Assembly: GCA_951406725.2 (NCBI GenBank)
Contig: OX597816.1
Location: 119,226,001 to 119,290,000, forward strand
DNA length: 64,000 nt
Reading direction: 5' to 3'
Source of the DNA: Octopus vulgaris
Taxonomy: Eukaryota
Of the stretch, positions 13,765 to 28,318 are shown piece after piece. Numbering within the stretch: the first letter of the stretch is position 1; each line of letters begins with the position of its first letter. Both the position numbers and the translations under genes were made by a program. The notes beneath the pieces were generated by a model that saw nothing but the letters and a program-made list of their open reading frames with translations, did not search any database and was not told the origin of the DNA.

Positions 13765-13815
13765 TAGAGAAGGGGTTATTATACTCAAGGGCGGACTATT
13801 CTCGAGGATTTACGG

Positions 13816-13817
<2 letters not shown>
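13765..13817. mobile_element. pogo/Tigger-like transposon end
   Basis: gggcggactattctcgaggatttacggTA terminus followed by (TA)n. Confidence 0.35.
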
Positions 13818-13891
<74 letters not shown>

Positions 13892-14414
13892 GTTGTGTCT
13901 AGGGAGAGTCATACTCTTTTAGTGCCTTATTACTTAACCCAGTCACCGGTTCGATTTCCACTCATTTACTTATTTATACCCCCCCCACTATATATATATA
14001 TATACGTGTGTAGGTGTGTATGGATATGTATATGTACAATACATGCACAAACCAACATCATAGTTATTACACTAGCATATTCATACACACATATACACGC
14101 ACACGTTTGGTTAAGGAATATATAAGATCCTACACAGCAAATCTATACATTTGTCTATCGCTTGTGCATGTACAATTTTTTTATTGTTCAGCTCTCTTTC
14201 AAAATATGTCTATTCGGAAGCTGCGTGTGTTTAAGATGAAGAGGGAGGAACAGAGAAGGCGAAGGGAGAGGCAGGTTGAATATAAAAAATATGTGTTTGC
14301 AAGACAATATGAGATGTCCAAATATTTTCCTTCAACTGGACAAATCTAATATTTAGAAATATATATTTTATGTGTTTGTATATATACGTTTGTGCATGTT
14401 CGTGTGTGAGTGTA

Positions 14415-14471
<57 letters not shown>

Positions 14472-14613
14472 GTGTGTGTGTATATGTTAATATATACATA
14501 TATATATATATACATATACATATATATATATATATACATATACACGTGTGTGTGTATATGTAAATATATGTATATATATATATATATATATACACGTGTG
14601 TGTGTATATGTAA

Positions 14614-14682
<69 letters not shown>

Positions 14683-15967
14683 GTATACGCATGTGTGTAT
14701 GTAAATGTCTGTGCATGTGTGTGTATATATGTGTACGTGAATGAATGAATGTATGCATATATATATGTGTGTTTGTGTGTGTGTGTGTGTGTGTACGTGT
14801 GTGTGTTCGTGCGTGCATGTGTAAAGAGACAGAGTGAGAGAGAATGACAATATAGACAGACAGATAAACAGATAGATAGAGACAGAAACAGAGAGGGAAA
14901 GAGATGGATGGATGGATGGATGGATGGACTGAGCATTGCACATATCGTATGGCGCTGTGATACTGCCATCTTTATGACTCACAAAGTATTAAGTGACATT
15001 ATTTGATAATGAAGAAAATCGGAGCGCTCTGCAAAACGGTTCAGGAAGAAACCAAAATAGCAACTTTTACGTAGTCGTTCAACCAGTTAGAAATAGCAAC
15101 CAAATCTCTTTTCAACCTTATCCTAACGTCTTGAAAACAGCAGTACACACTGTTTTATGTAGTTCTCGGTAAAGTAAGGAAAAACAAAATGATGATGATT
15201 GCGATTAGAACACGTTTGACCATAGATCATTCCAATCACGTCGGACCAGGAGTTAAACAGCAACATCAACAACGGCCTTTCCTTTACTTTTGTTGTGTGT
15301 CTATCTCCCTTGTACTGTCTTTGTGTTGTTGTTGTTGTTGTTAAGCATTCCAGCTTTCAACTACCAATATTTCTTGTATATATATACCAGTGACTATATT
15401 TTCCATTGTGTCTGACTTTTTATAAGACGATTGGATGTGATCTGAGAGAATTTGATTGCTTTTTCTTCCACGTCAAGTCACTGTATTGAGGCTCCCCTTA
15501 TCTCGTCTTTATGGTATTTCAGTTCTTTGTAGAAACGAAGCGTTACTTTGTAGTTAGTAGACAATATTCCTCTGTGAAATTTCAGCAAAAGTACTAAATT
15601 TTTCACGTTTCTGTTTAACTTCTTCATAAAATGCAATGAATATGAAGAATTGATTTGGCTATTGCTGATATTCCTTCTGAAAAGTTTGCTTCTATTCTGA
15701 TGATATTTGTCTCCTTAACTAATCATAAGATCATTGCGATAATAAAGCTAACTAAAAGTACGCTCATTTTAATGATAACTAGCCAAATATACGATCGCCG
15801 TTATCATAAATAACAAGATATATGATTATGTTAATGGCAGAACACTAAGAAAATATAATATTGTAATAATAACTAAACGAATATAAAATTATTGTGATAG
15901 TAACAAACCACATATAAGCTTGTTGCAATGATATAACACCAGCCGTCTATGTATCATATATATATAA

Positions 15968-16382
<415 letters not shown>

Positions 16383-16730
16383 CTATATATATGTGTTTGT
16401 AATGATAGAACGAAAACCATATATACGATTATTGTAATAATATAGCTTTAATCAATTTTAAAAAAATATTGTAATAATAACAACTCTTACCAAATGCAAG
16501 ATTAATAAAATGCTTTACTTTTAACCAGCTTTTAAGATATTTGAAGTTATATAACTCCAGCAGGGCCGGCTCAAGGTACGGGCATCTCGGGTTGTCGCCC
16601 GAGCCCCCAGGTACTAGGTGGCGCATTGGGGTGCGTGACAAAGACAAGGAAATTTCCACGACCGTCAGCTTGTACAAGCCGAAAGACCAACCCTAGACTC
16701 TGGTGATGTTAACTCTAACCAAATATTGAT

Positions 16731-17495
16731 TTCAAATTTTGGCACAAGGCCAGAAAGTTCGGGGGAAGGGTTAAGTCGATTACGTCGACCCCAGTACTCA
16801 ACTGGTATTTATTTTATCGACCCCGAAAGGATGAAAGGTAAACAGTAATAATAAGCCTTTCTACTTTAGGCACAAGGCCTGAAATTTTGTGGGAGGGCAG
16901 TAGTCAATTACATCAACCCAAGTGCTTCACTGGTACTTAATTTATCGACCCCCGAAAGAATGAAAGGCAAAGCCGACCTTGGTGGAATTTGACCTCAGGA
17001 CGTAAAGACGGACGAAATGCTGCTAAGCATTTTCTCCGGCTTGCTAACGATTCTGCCAGCTTGCCGCTTTACTCACATCAGATATTAATAATTATGGTAT
17101 AAGTTTAACACTAGCATCAAGAACTGCAGGAAAACAAGACCCAAAATCTACACACCCGGAAAAAGAAAACAAACTTTACCATCCTCTCCGAATCATTATC
17201 AAATATCAGAAAGAAAACGGAGCAGCCGAGAGAGAGAGGGGAGGGGGATGGGAGGAGGGGCTGAGGGGAGAGAGGGGAAGGGGGTAAATGGTCAAAGCAG
17301 TGAATTGGCTGAATCGTCAGCGAGTCGGACAAAATGTTTAGCAGCATTTCGTCCGTTCTGTGTTCAAATTCTGCCGAAACTATTTTGTCTTTCATCTTTT
17401 CTGGGTAGATAAAAGAATTATCACTTAAGTAATGGGATCGATGTTAATCAACTTCCCTTCTCCACAAAAACTGCTGGCCCAGTGCCAAAATTTGA
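16731..17495. mobile_element. SINE family A cluster: two minus-strand copies (16731-17070) and one plus-strand copy (about 17300-17495)
   Basis: Shared core gaggtcgactttgcctttcatcctttcgggg-tcgataaa..aagtacca in both orientations. Confidence 0.8.
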
Positions 17496-18099
17496 ATTAT
17501 TTCACATAGTGGCGAACACCTAGCATTTAAAGTTGATTTTGTGGCATATCATTGACCTCTAATTTTATTACCGGTTGGAATTATTAATGCTGAACATCAC
17601 AAATAAGTTTGACCCAAGCAATGGAGATATACGAATATTAACATTGCGGTACACTTGTCTAATCTGATAGAAAATAAAATGGGTGTCTTTTTCCTAACTT
17701 GAACTATAAAATACATTAGCTTACAAATATATTACATGGAAAGGAAAAACATATTTGCTACAGGCACAAAGAATAGCAGAACGACCCATCACCGTCTCAC
17801 TGTACCAAACTAGCCTGTTTGGAAATCATTGCATAAATGTCTTTGGAAAAGCTTGAACGTGACAATTTGATATTTTCTTTCTCCGAAAGTATCACAGGTT
17901 TCTTGCCTATGTATGAAACAATTATTTAGTTCATATTGCCATTAAATAATGATAACAGTAATAATGTAATGTATATAAGAAAAATTAAAGCAAGAAAGAA
18001 AACAAAAAGCGAACTATGATAATAAGGAAATTAAGAAGAAAAAAATAAATGTACTGAAATATTACGAAGAGAAAGAATTAAAAAAGTGGTATGAATATA

Positions 18100-19150
18100 A
18101 AAGAACAAATGAAAGATAGATTGGAGGAAGACTGGATTAGTTGTATTGAAATCACAGTGGAAATCCGCTCTCATTAGAAACGAGTTTATTTTCTTTCAAT
18201 GTACATTGAACAGTGAGTGGAATAACGGCCGGTAAAGACGCAGAAATCTCTTCAAACAAGATCTGTCTGATTTCAGGCGCCACGTATCTCTCTGCCGAAA
18301 GCTTTTCTATATTATCTGAAATTTAGGAAAATCAAATTGTATGTGTCGGAATTAATGCGCCAAAAATTCCAATCAATTAAATGGCCGCTTTATCCTTTTG
18401 GTGACATACAAATGGTATCAGTTTCTAAGTATTGGCAGAATGTGATGTGTCGTCTGCCACGTTAAGCCGATACCAGAACGAGGTCTGTCGCTCTCCTCAG
18501 CCTAAACAAGTGAATTAGCTTTTCTTCGCAAGATCGCGTGCGCCTATTAGTCAATTATTTTCGCCCACTTAACACTGATTTATTCCCGTTAATGGAAGGT
18601 GGTGATTAATTTTTCTCTAGCACCCCCTTTTTCCTCGTTTATTCATGCTCCTTTTTCTTCTTCCCCCTTCCATCCTTCTCTTTTTCCTACTGTTTCTTTA
18701 CCCTCCTTTCCTTTCCTTTCAGCTCTAGTAGTCTTTTTTCTTCTCTCTGTCTCTCCTCCCCCCTCTCTCTCTTTACTATCTTTATTTGGCCCAATATTCC
18801 CAGGCTAGAAATGGCCAGTACAGTGAGCTAATCATTATAAAAACTTGCCGCTGAAAACATCAATACAGAGCTATTGCTCAACAAGATGGAAAATTAGTCA
18901 AGTGCTGTGGAGGCTGTGAATCCCTCAAGGGGACTGACTGGATCATTTAGTTTTCTACTTCGGACAGGAAATATTGTCTGTGTTTTTGCGACAAGTTTAA
19001 TATCGCCTGACGAATCCTCGATTTTAGCCTTATGAACATGCCGTACATCCATTGAGCCATCAAGTCACCCCAGTTATTATTTCTCAACCACCACCACCAC
19101 CATAGGGAGATATGGTAAAATGTTATTCAAAACTCTAGCTATTAGTTAAA
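18100..19150. promoter_or_regulatory. Candidate Mnx enhancer island (repeat-poor, rich in homeodomain, NK and E-box sites)
   Basis: Unique sequence with many TAAT/ATTA cores, CACTTAA and TCAAGTG (NK2-type) and CAAATG. Based on motifs only. Confidence 0.4.
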
Positions 19151-21445
19151 GTTATGATACACTTTTGGCAGGTTGAATCACGACCAATTTGTCGCTCGAT
19201 TTCACCTCCTTAGCAGCGGACAGGTTTCAGCATAACGTTGCCTTCTGCTGATAGACACACACTGCAATGCGGTAAGTGAAGGAGAAGTCGAAGTAAAGAA
19301 AGAAACAAAACAAAAACAAAGGAGAAAGAGAAGGAGAAAAAAAAGGGAGGTAGCGGGGAGGTAGTGAATGAAGACAGCCTTTCTATAGCAGCGGGTGAAA
19401 AGACAGAAAGAAGGTGCTGGGATAAATGCATAACTTCTCCATCCACATAGCAAAAGGGAGATGAAGGGAGGTGTAAATAATAAACAGATAAATAAAATAA
19501 AGAGAAAGAGAGGAGGGGGACAGAGAGGGTGGGAGTGGAAGGAGCAAGGCGATTAAATTGAAGCGATGAAGTTGATTAGGTTTGAAGCAATTGGTTTATG
19601 CGAAAAATATCAGAAATGTCGTGCAGTGGAAAGTGTGTGTGTGTGTGTGTGTGAAAGATAGGTGGCGTTTGGTTGAGGTGCATCATTATTATTATTATTG
19701 TTATTATTGGTGTTGGCGTTATTGGTGGTAGTGGTGGTGGTGGTGGTGGTGGTGGTGGTGTCAGTGGGGAATGGGTTACTGGTGAGTGAGTGTATCAGTG
19801 TTGATGTCAGTGGTTGAAATGTTTATCGAGTGCTTGGTTTAAAGGGCTAGGCTAGGTTAACACTGCTTGTTAGAAGCATTGATGCAATCGTGTCGAGTAG
19901 AGCAATGGGCCGAGAGCAAAAGAGAGAGACAAAGAGAAAGAGAGAAAGAGAGAAAGAGATGTGGAGAAAAATAATAAAAAAAGAAACAATCAAAAATAAG
20001 AAACATGAATGATATTAAATCATAAGATTGCGATGATATTTGTGGTGGTGGTGGTGGTGGTGTTAGTGGCCGTGGTGTTGGTTGTGGCGTTGGTAACACC
20101 AGTAGTGCGAAAGATAAGCACAGAAAATATATAGAAATGCATATGAAAGCAATAAATGTATTAATGGTTAAACGTTGCTTAGTTGTAAAGTAGTTTATCT
20201 TACTGACCATGCAACGATAGTATTGTATTCAATATTCTATGGAGAAAGAGGACAAACAGGAGGAGGAGGAGAAGGAGAGATAGACACGGCGGCGAGAAGG
20301 ATGTGTTACTATGAAAATGTCGCCGATTAAAAAGATCTTCGTAACAACAGGTGTAAAATAAAAGAATAGCCTCTAGAAAATATATTTATGTATTAAAGTC
20401 GAATAAACAAAGATATTAGAATCAAAGGAGTGATCAAGGTTTCAAATTCCACTATGGACGTATGCGTGGCTATGTGGTTAAGAAGACTGCTACCCAGTCG
20501 TGTGGTTTTGGATGAAGTTCTCCCGCGCGGCACCTTGAGCAAGTGTCTTTTATTATAGTCGCCCGCCAATTAAAGCTTTGTGTGTGGATATGGTTGACAG
20601 AAACTGAAAGGATCACGTTGTATATATCTATCTGTGTGCATCGTTGTGTTTGTCCCCACCACCTAATGATTCAGCGAAAGAGAACGTATCAGGCTTTAAA
20701 GAAATATAATTATTGAGATCGATTTGTTCGATAGAACCCTTCGAGGCAGTGCCCTAGCATGGCCACAATTCAATGACTGAAAGGAGTAAAAGATAGAATA
20801 TAGCATCTACTTTTTCTCTCCTACATACGGTCTCAATTATATATGTACCCAGTAGCTGCTGTCGTTGTTGTTATAGCTTACTCTCCATGCCAACAGTCAT
20901 CTGACTTTACGTTCTGAGATCAAATGTTGCCGAGGTTGATTTTGCTATTCATTCTTTCGGGGTCGATAAAATGAGCACCACTTAATCACTGGGAGTCGAT
21001 GTAATCGATTAACAAGTTCCCCGTAAAATCTTTCAGGCTTTGTGCCAATAGTAGAAAGGACTCATATGTGTATGTGTGTATGTTCGTATGTGTATGAGTC
21101 ATGTGAGTGTCGCACTTATTTTTGCAGAGATTGGCACTGAAAATGTCTCGGAATCAAGAATGACTATCCAGCAGTTTTAAGAATGTGAAGAGGCTTCGGT
21201 GCATCAATTTCTTATTTGCTCCAAATACAATATGATTTGAAGTCAATGTTGCAACCCATCTTCTGCCATGGCCAGAGATGAAGGTATGTAATCCCCTTTC
21301 GCCTCTTTCTCCACATCTCGAATTTTATTATAACCATACCATATGATGCAAAAGAGGTTCGAGGTTAGCTCTTGCCCGAGATCTGATCTCCAGCCCTCAG
21401 TATGGAAAGATAACTTGAATGCTTCTTTTCAAAGGCAGGTACGAA

Positions 21446-21710
21446 GGTATGTGGCCTAGTGGCTAGGTTGTTGCATTCATGACCGTAAGATTGTGGTTTC
21501 GATTCCGAAACCGGATAGAGCGTTGTGTTGTATGTTTGAGCAAAATACTTTGTATAACGTTGCTCCGGTCCATTCGGCTATAATGAGTATCTCTGCAAAG
21601 GACCGGCATCCCATTCAAGAAAAGCGTTGTGACCTCGGCATTCCGTTCAAGGGGAGCGTTGTGACCATGGAAACCGTGGCACCAGCCTGATAAGTCCTAG
21701 AACTCAAGGT
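21446..21710 (+). mobile_element. tRNA-derived SINE with a V-SINE-like central domain (a related head lies at about 49710)
   Basis: A box tggcctagtgg, B box gtttcgattcc, then ctgcaaaggaccggcatcccattca resembling the V domain. Confidence 0.55.
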
Positions 21711-23247
21711 TTCATTGAGCGGTCTCCACCATGCTGATTGTACAGATGTATTCGGCCAATGTAGGGGAGTTTGTTAAATGAAATTTATTCTTCATGTCGA
21801 CATAGAGACGGCTCAAACCTCCAAGAGGACAGTACAATTAGTTCTTTTTTTTTTCAACGAAAGAAAATTATCTGAGTATCTGTCTAATTATTTTTCGACC
21901 CAATTCCAAGGATGGAAAGTAAAGTTTGATTTGGCATGATTGGAAATCAGAACGCAAGTAAAAATATAAAACTTGGTTGGCCCTTTATATTTTTGTTTGT
22001 TTTCTACCGGGGGCCCACATGTAAACTTGAATTCTCCCTGAAACTCGGAACATGAACTCTACACCTCAACAACGAATGACGACTACGAATCCGATGTCCG
22101 CGCTGTCCTCGGTCGACCGTCGGATGTTGGCACCATCCATGAAAGATGTGAGGAACTCATTGGCTGGAGTCGGCCCAACTCCCACTCCGGGTGAATGCCA
22201 CTGCAAGTACACGTAGGTACGTTTCTACCGTTTATATATTTATGAACTTTCTCCAGCTGAATCCTTATAGCTTCATTTTATTTATATTTACATGTGTGTG
22301 TGTTTGTGTGTGTATGTATGTGTGTGCGCGCGTATGCGTACGTGCGTGTGTGTGTGTGTGAGATGTTTGTGTGTGCCTGTGTCTATACGAAGCATATTTA
22401 TATTTATGTGTCTGTATTTGTATGTGAATGTGTGTGTATGTTTATGTGTGTGTGTGTACATGAGTGTATATTTATACAGATATGCATATGCTTGTGCGTG
22501 AGTACGTGTGCTTGTGTATGCCTTTATATGTTAACATACATGCATCCGTGTGTGTGTGTATATGTGTGTGTTTCTGTCTGTGTGTGTGTGTATGTGTGTG
22601 TGTGTTTCTGTCTATCTGTCTCAGCATGTGAGTGTGTGTGTGCGTGCGTGTGTCTTTCTGAGCATGCGCGCGCGCGTTTGTGTTTCTGAGCATGTGTGTA
22701 TACGTTTCTGAGCATGTGTGTGTGTGTGCATTTGAATGCGTTTGGATGCATGTCTTCAAATTTAGATGGTGGTTTCATTTGTGCATCTTAAGCTTGTAAT
22801 CTTGTGTGTATGTACATGTGAGCGTGTATTTGTCTGCGTGTGCGAGTGTATATGTATGTAGTGGTGGTGGTGGTGGGGGGAACGTGTGAACGCATGTGTG
22901 AACGTATATATGCGTTTGTGTGTTTGTTTGAAGGAAATTGTGACTTCTGCAAGATGGATTGGTCACCTTCACAGCTGACTGCCCTTTGTTTTTATAAAAA
23001 CACCAAAGGATCTTGGGGCGGAAAATATCTCTTCCGTTTCATTGACTAGTATTTCCGCTATTCTTTTACATCATCTTGATTAAAAGTCCACTTCCGTATC
23101 CCTTCTTTCCTCTTTCAGAGCACTCTCTTCCTCTCCTACCCCTATCACTTAACAGCTTATTCGTCATCTGCTTCAATTTTTCGATATTACTAACACTGAT
23201 ATTGTTGTTGTTGTTGCTATTGCTTGTGTTGCTCTCGTTACTGACAT

Positions 23248-23282
<35 letters not shown>

Positions 23283-23493
23283 AAGGCGGCGAGCTGGCAG
23301 AAACGTTAGCATGCCGAGCGCAATGCTTTGCGGTATTTCGTCTCTCTTCGTGTTCTGAGTTCAAATTCCGCCGAGGTCGACTTTGCCTTTCATCCTTTCG
23401 GGATCGATAAATTAAGTACCAGTTGCGTACTGGGGTCGATCTAATCGACTGGCCCCCTCCCCCAAGATTTCGGGCCTTGTGCCTAAAGTAGAA

Positions 23494-23544
<51 letters not shown>

Positions 23545-24170
23545 TAAGTCCGGGCAAAATGCTTAGCGGCATTTCGTCTACCGCTACGTTCTGAATTCAA
23601 ATTCCACTGAGGTCGACTGTGCCTTTCATCCTTTCTGGATTGATAAATTAAGTACCAGTGAAACACCGGGGACGATGCAGCCGACTAGTCCTCTCCTGCC
23701 AAATTTCAGACCCTGTGTCTATAGTAGAAAAGATTATTACTATTATGATTCTTTTTAATGTGGAGAGTTGGCAGAATCGTTAACATGCCGAGCAAAATGC
23801 TTAGAGGCATTTCGTCTGTCTTTACGATCTGAGTTCAAATTCCGCCGGGGGTCGACTTTGCCTTTCATCCTTTCGGGGGTTGATAAAGTAAGTACCAGTG
23901 GGTCGATGTAATCGACTGGTTCTCTCTCCACAAATTTCAGGTCTTGTGCCTTCAGTAGAAAAGGTTTTTATTAAAAGGTGCCGAGCTGGCATCGGACAAA
24001 ATGCCTAACGGTATTTTGTCTGTCTTTACGTTCTGAGTTTAAATTCTGCCGAGGCCGACTTTGCCTTTCAACCTTTCGGTCTCAATAAAATAAGTACCAG
24101 TTAAACATTGGGGTCGATGTAATCATCCCCTGTCCCAAATTTTCAGGCCTTGAGCTTATAGTAGAAAGAA
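23283..24170 (+). mobile_element. Head-to-tail array of four SINE family A copies
   Basis: Copies at about 23283, 23548 (5'-truncated), 23757 and 23975. Each has a B box ag(a)ttcaaattcc or variant, the core domain and a ccttgtgcc..agtagaaa end, separated by (ATT)n or A/T tails. Confidence 0.88.
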
Positions 24171-26453
24171 TTATTAACATAATTATAAAATGCATTATGT
24201 GGCCGAATCAAATTGCCTGGGAAAGTTAACTTTATTTGTCAGCTTTCCAAAGTCAATCAAATAATTACCAGTAATATCCTGGGTTCAATTTCAATCGATT
24301 ATATCTTCTTTGTCACAGAAATTGCTTTGAGCTAAATCAGAAGATATCCGTATTGTTATATTTGATCTATGTTTGTCAATGAACAGAAGGGAATTTTACA
24401 CAGCTTGCTCAAGTCACGAGTCTTTTTGGGGGAGCCAATTGAAGCTATTCTATTCATTCGCTTTCCTAACATTCTTGAGAAAAGCTAAAACCTAACAACA
24501 TTGTATTTTGTCATTTCATTTAACCCATCTGAAGTCCTAGATATGCCACCGGTAAAGAATGTCGTTAATACTTTTCTAGAATAATTTTACAACAAAATTA
24601 GTGGTTAACAGCTTTTGATAGTACAAGTTCACTTATTTTTCTTGCTACAAATTCAAAATTTACTGAAGAATTTTGCACCGAAATCTTTGAAGATTATTTT
24701 AAACAATTATTTCGCTGAATGTGGTCTTTAATTTTTCTTAGGTGTCATTTTATTCATTTTAGTTTTATTCAATGAGATATTCTGGAATTATACATAATCC
24801 TTATGAACTTCTCAGCAGAGTGCGTTCCAGGAAGCAATATCGATATTGTGATAACTGTAAAGTTAAATTTGCAATGAGATCTACGATGATATAGTGATTA
24901 TTCTAAAGATAAATTTTCAATGAAATCTATCTCAAAATTGTGACCTGGATTCATGTAGTGATCTTCAAATCTACATTTAATATTCAGCATCAATATTTTG
25001 ACTTTTTAACGCTAAGTACCCTGAGACTAAATACAGATGTTATTGTTTGACTGCTTGCAAGTTCCTTCAGTTATTCTTCCTCTAAAAGTTGTCTAACAAC
25101 ACACATATCTGAATGTGAGGGAATTATTTTCTTTTAGCTCTAAATCCTGTCAAACACTAAATGTTTTGGTTATCGGTTCCAGTGTAATTTGTTAATAAAG
25201 ATCACAAATATTAATAAGTTCAAATTTACTAATATTTACAAATTTATAAATTTATTTCACTGAATGATGTTTTTATCTAATCAGTATAATACTTCTTATC
25301 TGATATTACAAATCCTAGCTAAACTTTTTGACCACAATGTCTTACTTATATATTTATATGACTCAGTGGCTAACTTTATAATTAAAGTAAATACTTTCGA
25401 GTATTCTGGGAATGAACGAAGTTTCATGTATTTTTGAGATAAATACATATGCGAAGGTTGCATGGGATTGAATTAAAAAGCACATAATACAACACTTTTG
25501 ATTCTCCTTGTTTACATATCGTATCCACATCTACGCTAAGTTTAGAATACATAACTGAGTTATTTTCTTGTTGTATTTCTTATAAATGTATCATCTTATC
25601 TAACATCTGAAATATACATAAACTATGCAGATACCATTTTTTCTCTACGTAAAAGATGTCTTCACAATATTCCGATTTTGTATTATTGATGAATAACTTG
25701 CCAAAATGTTGGTATATTTTCTCGCCATGTTAAGAACGCAACCAACTTGAAGGAATAAGCATATTTTGCTTCCATATGGGATTTTGAGATTGCATAGTTA
25801 GAATGTTTCGGTCTTAAGTTACATTTGTTCTTTAATTTTCGTTGTAGTTTTGTTAAACGTGCAAGATTAACACAATGCCTTTTTTTTTCAGTATCTCTGT
25901 GAATTGTGAAAATGAAGGACGACGTTATTTTCAGGTCGAACACCAGTCCCTCCGAAAGGCTTCCAAACAGTTTCTGTGTACTAAAGTTCAATCAGAGAAT
26001 TTTGTTGACACAAAAGTAAGGTAGAAAATGATTACACAAGATGACGCATAGAGGGATCAAACGCAAAGCAACATGATTACAAAGCGAAAATTTTAATCAC
26101 ATAGATATGCTGTTCCTGGACATTCCTGGTTCATAACTTAATTTTGATTAATTGGATGAATGCATAGACCTTACAAGGATATCACAAACATGAACGCGCA
26201 CGCAAATATGTGTATGTCTATGTAGATATACGTAAATATACTTATACTCGTACTTTCCTATGTGACTTCTTGAAAGTTTCCGGTATATACTCATTTGCAT
26301 AAATATAGCACATATAACTGAATAAAGTGTCGGGAACAAATAGCAGTGGCGACTTATTTCAGAATATCTAGGATACATAGATTCTTCGCACACATACACA
26401 TAATACATACATACATATATGTCTTCGTTTTTCTATAAATTTCAACTATATCT

Positions 26454-26519
<66 letters not shown>

Positions 26520-27209
26520 ACACATACATACATACATACATACATACATACATACATACATACATTCATACATACATACAGATATCCTTTGATAATCAGT
26601 CTAGTAAGGAACGGAAGTATTTCTCATTTGAAAAATGACGTCAGAGAACGAAACGACAGCTACTTCAAGTATGCGCAAAGCTGCTCCGAGGCACCTCAAA
26701 AGGTAAACACGTCACTAAGTCTTCAAAATACTCAAACACTATCAAGCAAGGATATCTAATCACGGTTTTACTAGGGAAATCATAGAATAAGCAAGGGCAA
26801 CGTTAAAGCAGTACGTACCGTTGTTATCTTTATTCTCTACGTTACAGATTGGCCCCAAAATAATTTTAAAATGAACGATACTTAAGCTTAATGTTGACAT
26901 TATTAACCCACATCTCATACTCTCGAAATTGCAAGCATTCAGACTATTACATGCAAACACCACACTACTCACAAACATAACACTCACACACACACACGCA
27001 CAAACACACACACGCAAGCACACACACACACACGCACACACATACACACATACACACGCATGCATATGATGGTTTGAACAACACATATAACTACCATCGA
27101 CATCAGCATAGCTTTTGACGCTCTTCCTCTCTAGCCAACCATACAAAAAACAGTTCAAGAAACGAACACAAACTGCAGACTAACAAACTACCAGCCAAGC
27201 TGCCAAGCC

Positions 27210-27420
27210 TTTGTAGTGTCCAAAAGCAGCATCTCTAGAACCTGTAATTTTCCGAATAGAATATATCAGACTCTTTTCAACCTATCCATACTCGGCCTTC
27301 TCGTACACCTACAAAATTATAGCTTCATACACAGATGACATCACACTCGCAGCTCTCCACCATTTCCCATTTACTGCTATACAACTACTCCAACCTTACT
27401 TGAATTATCTTAAAACCTAG
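27210..27420 (+). pseudogene. Degenerate LINE reverse-transcriptase fragment
   Basis: Reads IASYTDDITLAA...LLQPYLNYL (YADD-type motif), preceded by a decayed QG-box-like segment. Confidence 0.5.
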
Positions 27421-28262
27421 CAATTGATTTCCAGTAGCACCTACTAAACCCAGCACCAGAGAACAACGAATGCAACCAACCAGCACGCTGAATAACATAA
27501 ATAACCCAATTGTCATGGATTCTACTTTGCTCAGCATTGCCTTGACCACTAGCAGAATCTACAGCAATAGGCAGGGTACGGAAGCGAGTGCAATGTTCCT
27601 AGACTGTCTCGCTGCACATTGCACAATTCATCACCAGATGTCAGTGTGTGCACTTTAGGTTTCGCTTGGTGGAGACAAAGTATAACAAATGGGTTCGTGT
27701 CTCAGTGTTCGGTTAACTACCGGCGTACCATAGAGTAAGTGTGATCAGGACTGGTGTGGGATTATATAATAATAACAACACACACACACACACACACACA
27801 CACACTGTAGGCGCAATGTTTGGTTGCCAGCCACATCGTATGGATTCAGTCCCACTGTGTAACGCCTTGGGCTGACCAAAGCCTTGTGAGTGGATTTGAT
27901 AAACGGAAACCGAGAGAAACTTGTATACGTTTACGTGTGTATGTGAGTGTGTGTGTGCGTGTGTGTTCCTGCTTGCGCTTGTCCCTCAACATCGCTTGAC
28001 AAGTGATGGTGTGATTACGTACCCGTAACACACAACTTTATTTCTCTCTCTCTCTCTCTCTCTCTCTCGCACACACACACACACGAATATGAGTTGGCCA
28101 TCCATCCATCTTGTAGTCTATTTTCCAGTATCAATTGAAATCCATGCCAAGGTGTGGACAGAGTCCGATTTGTTTGTGGTTTTTCTGCAAAAGAGACGTC
28201 CACCAATCTTTACGTTATTTTATTTATTTATTTATTATTATTTCTAATTATTTGTTTATTTA

Positions 28263-28318
<56 letters not shown>

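Noticed and set aside
19868-19915. SIDAIV peptide resembling the eh1 motif of Mnx exon 1
   Set aside because: Wrong strand, lacks the invariant Phe, and has no supporting ORF.
16561-22040. CAGGGCCGGCTCAAG and CTTGAATTCTCCCTG as TIRs of one 5.5-kb hAT element
   Set aside because: Match is weak, no target-site duplication is evident, and no transposase lies between them.
23283-24170. Regular repeats as a CRISPR-like array or tRNA cluster
   Set aside because: Units are ~200-bp dispersed SINEs with decayed tRNA heads; no repeat-spacer structure, and the context is eukaryotic.
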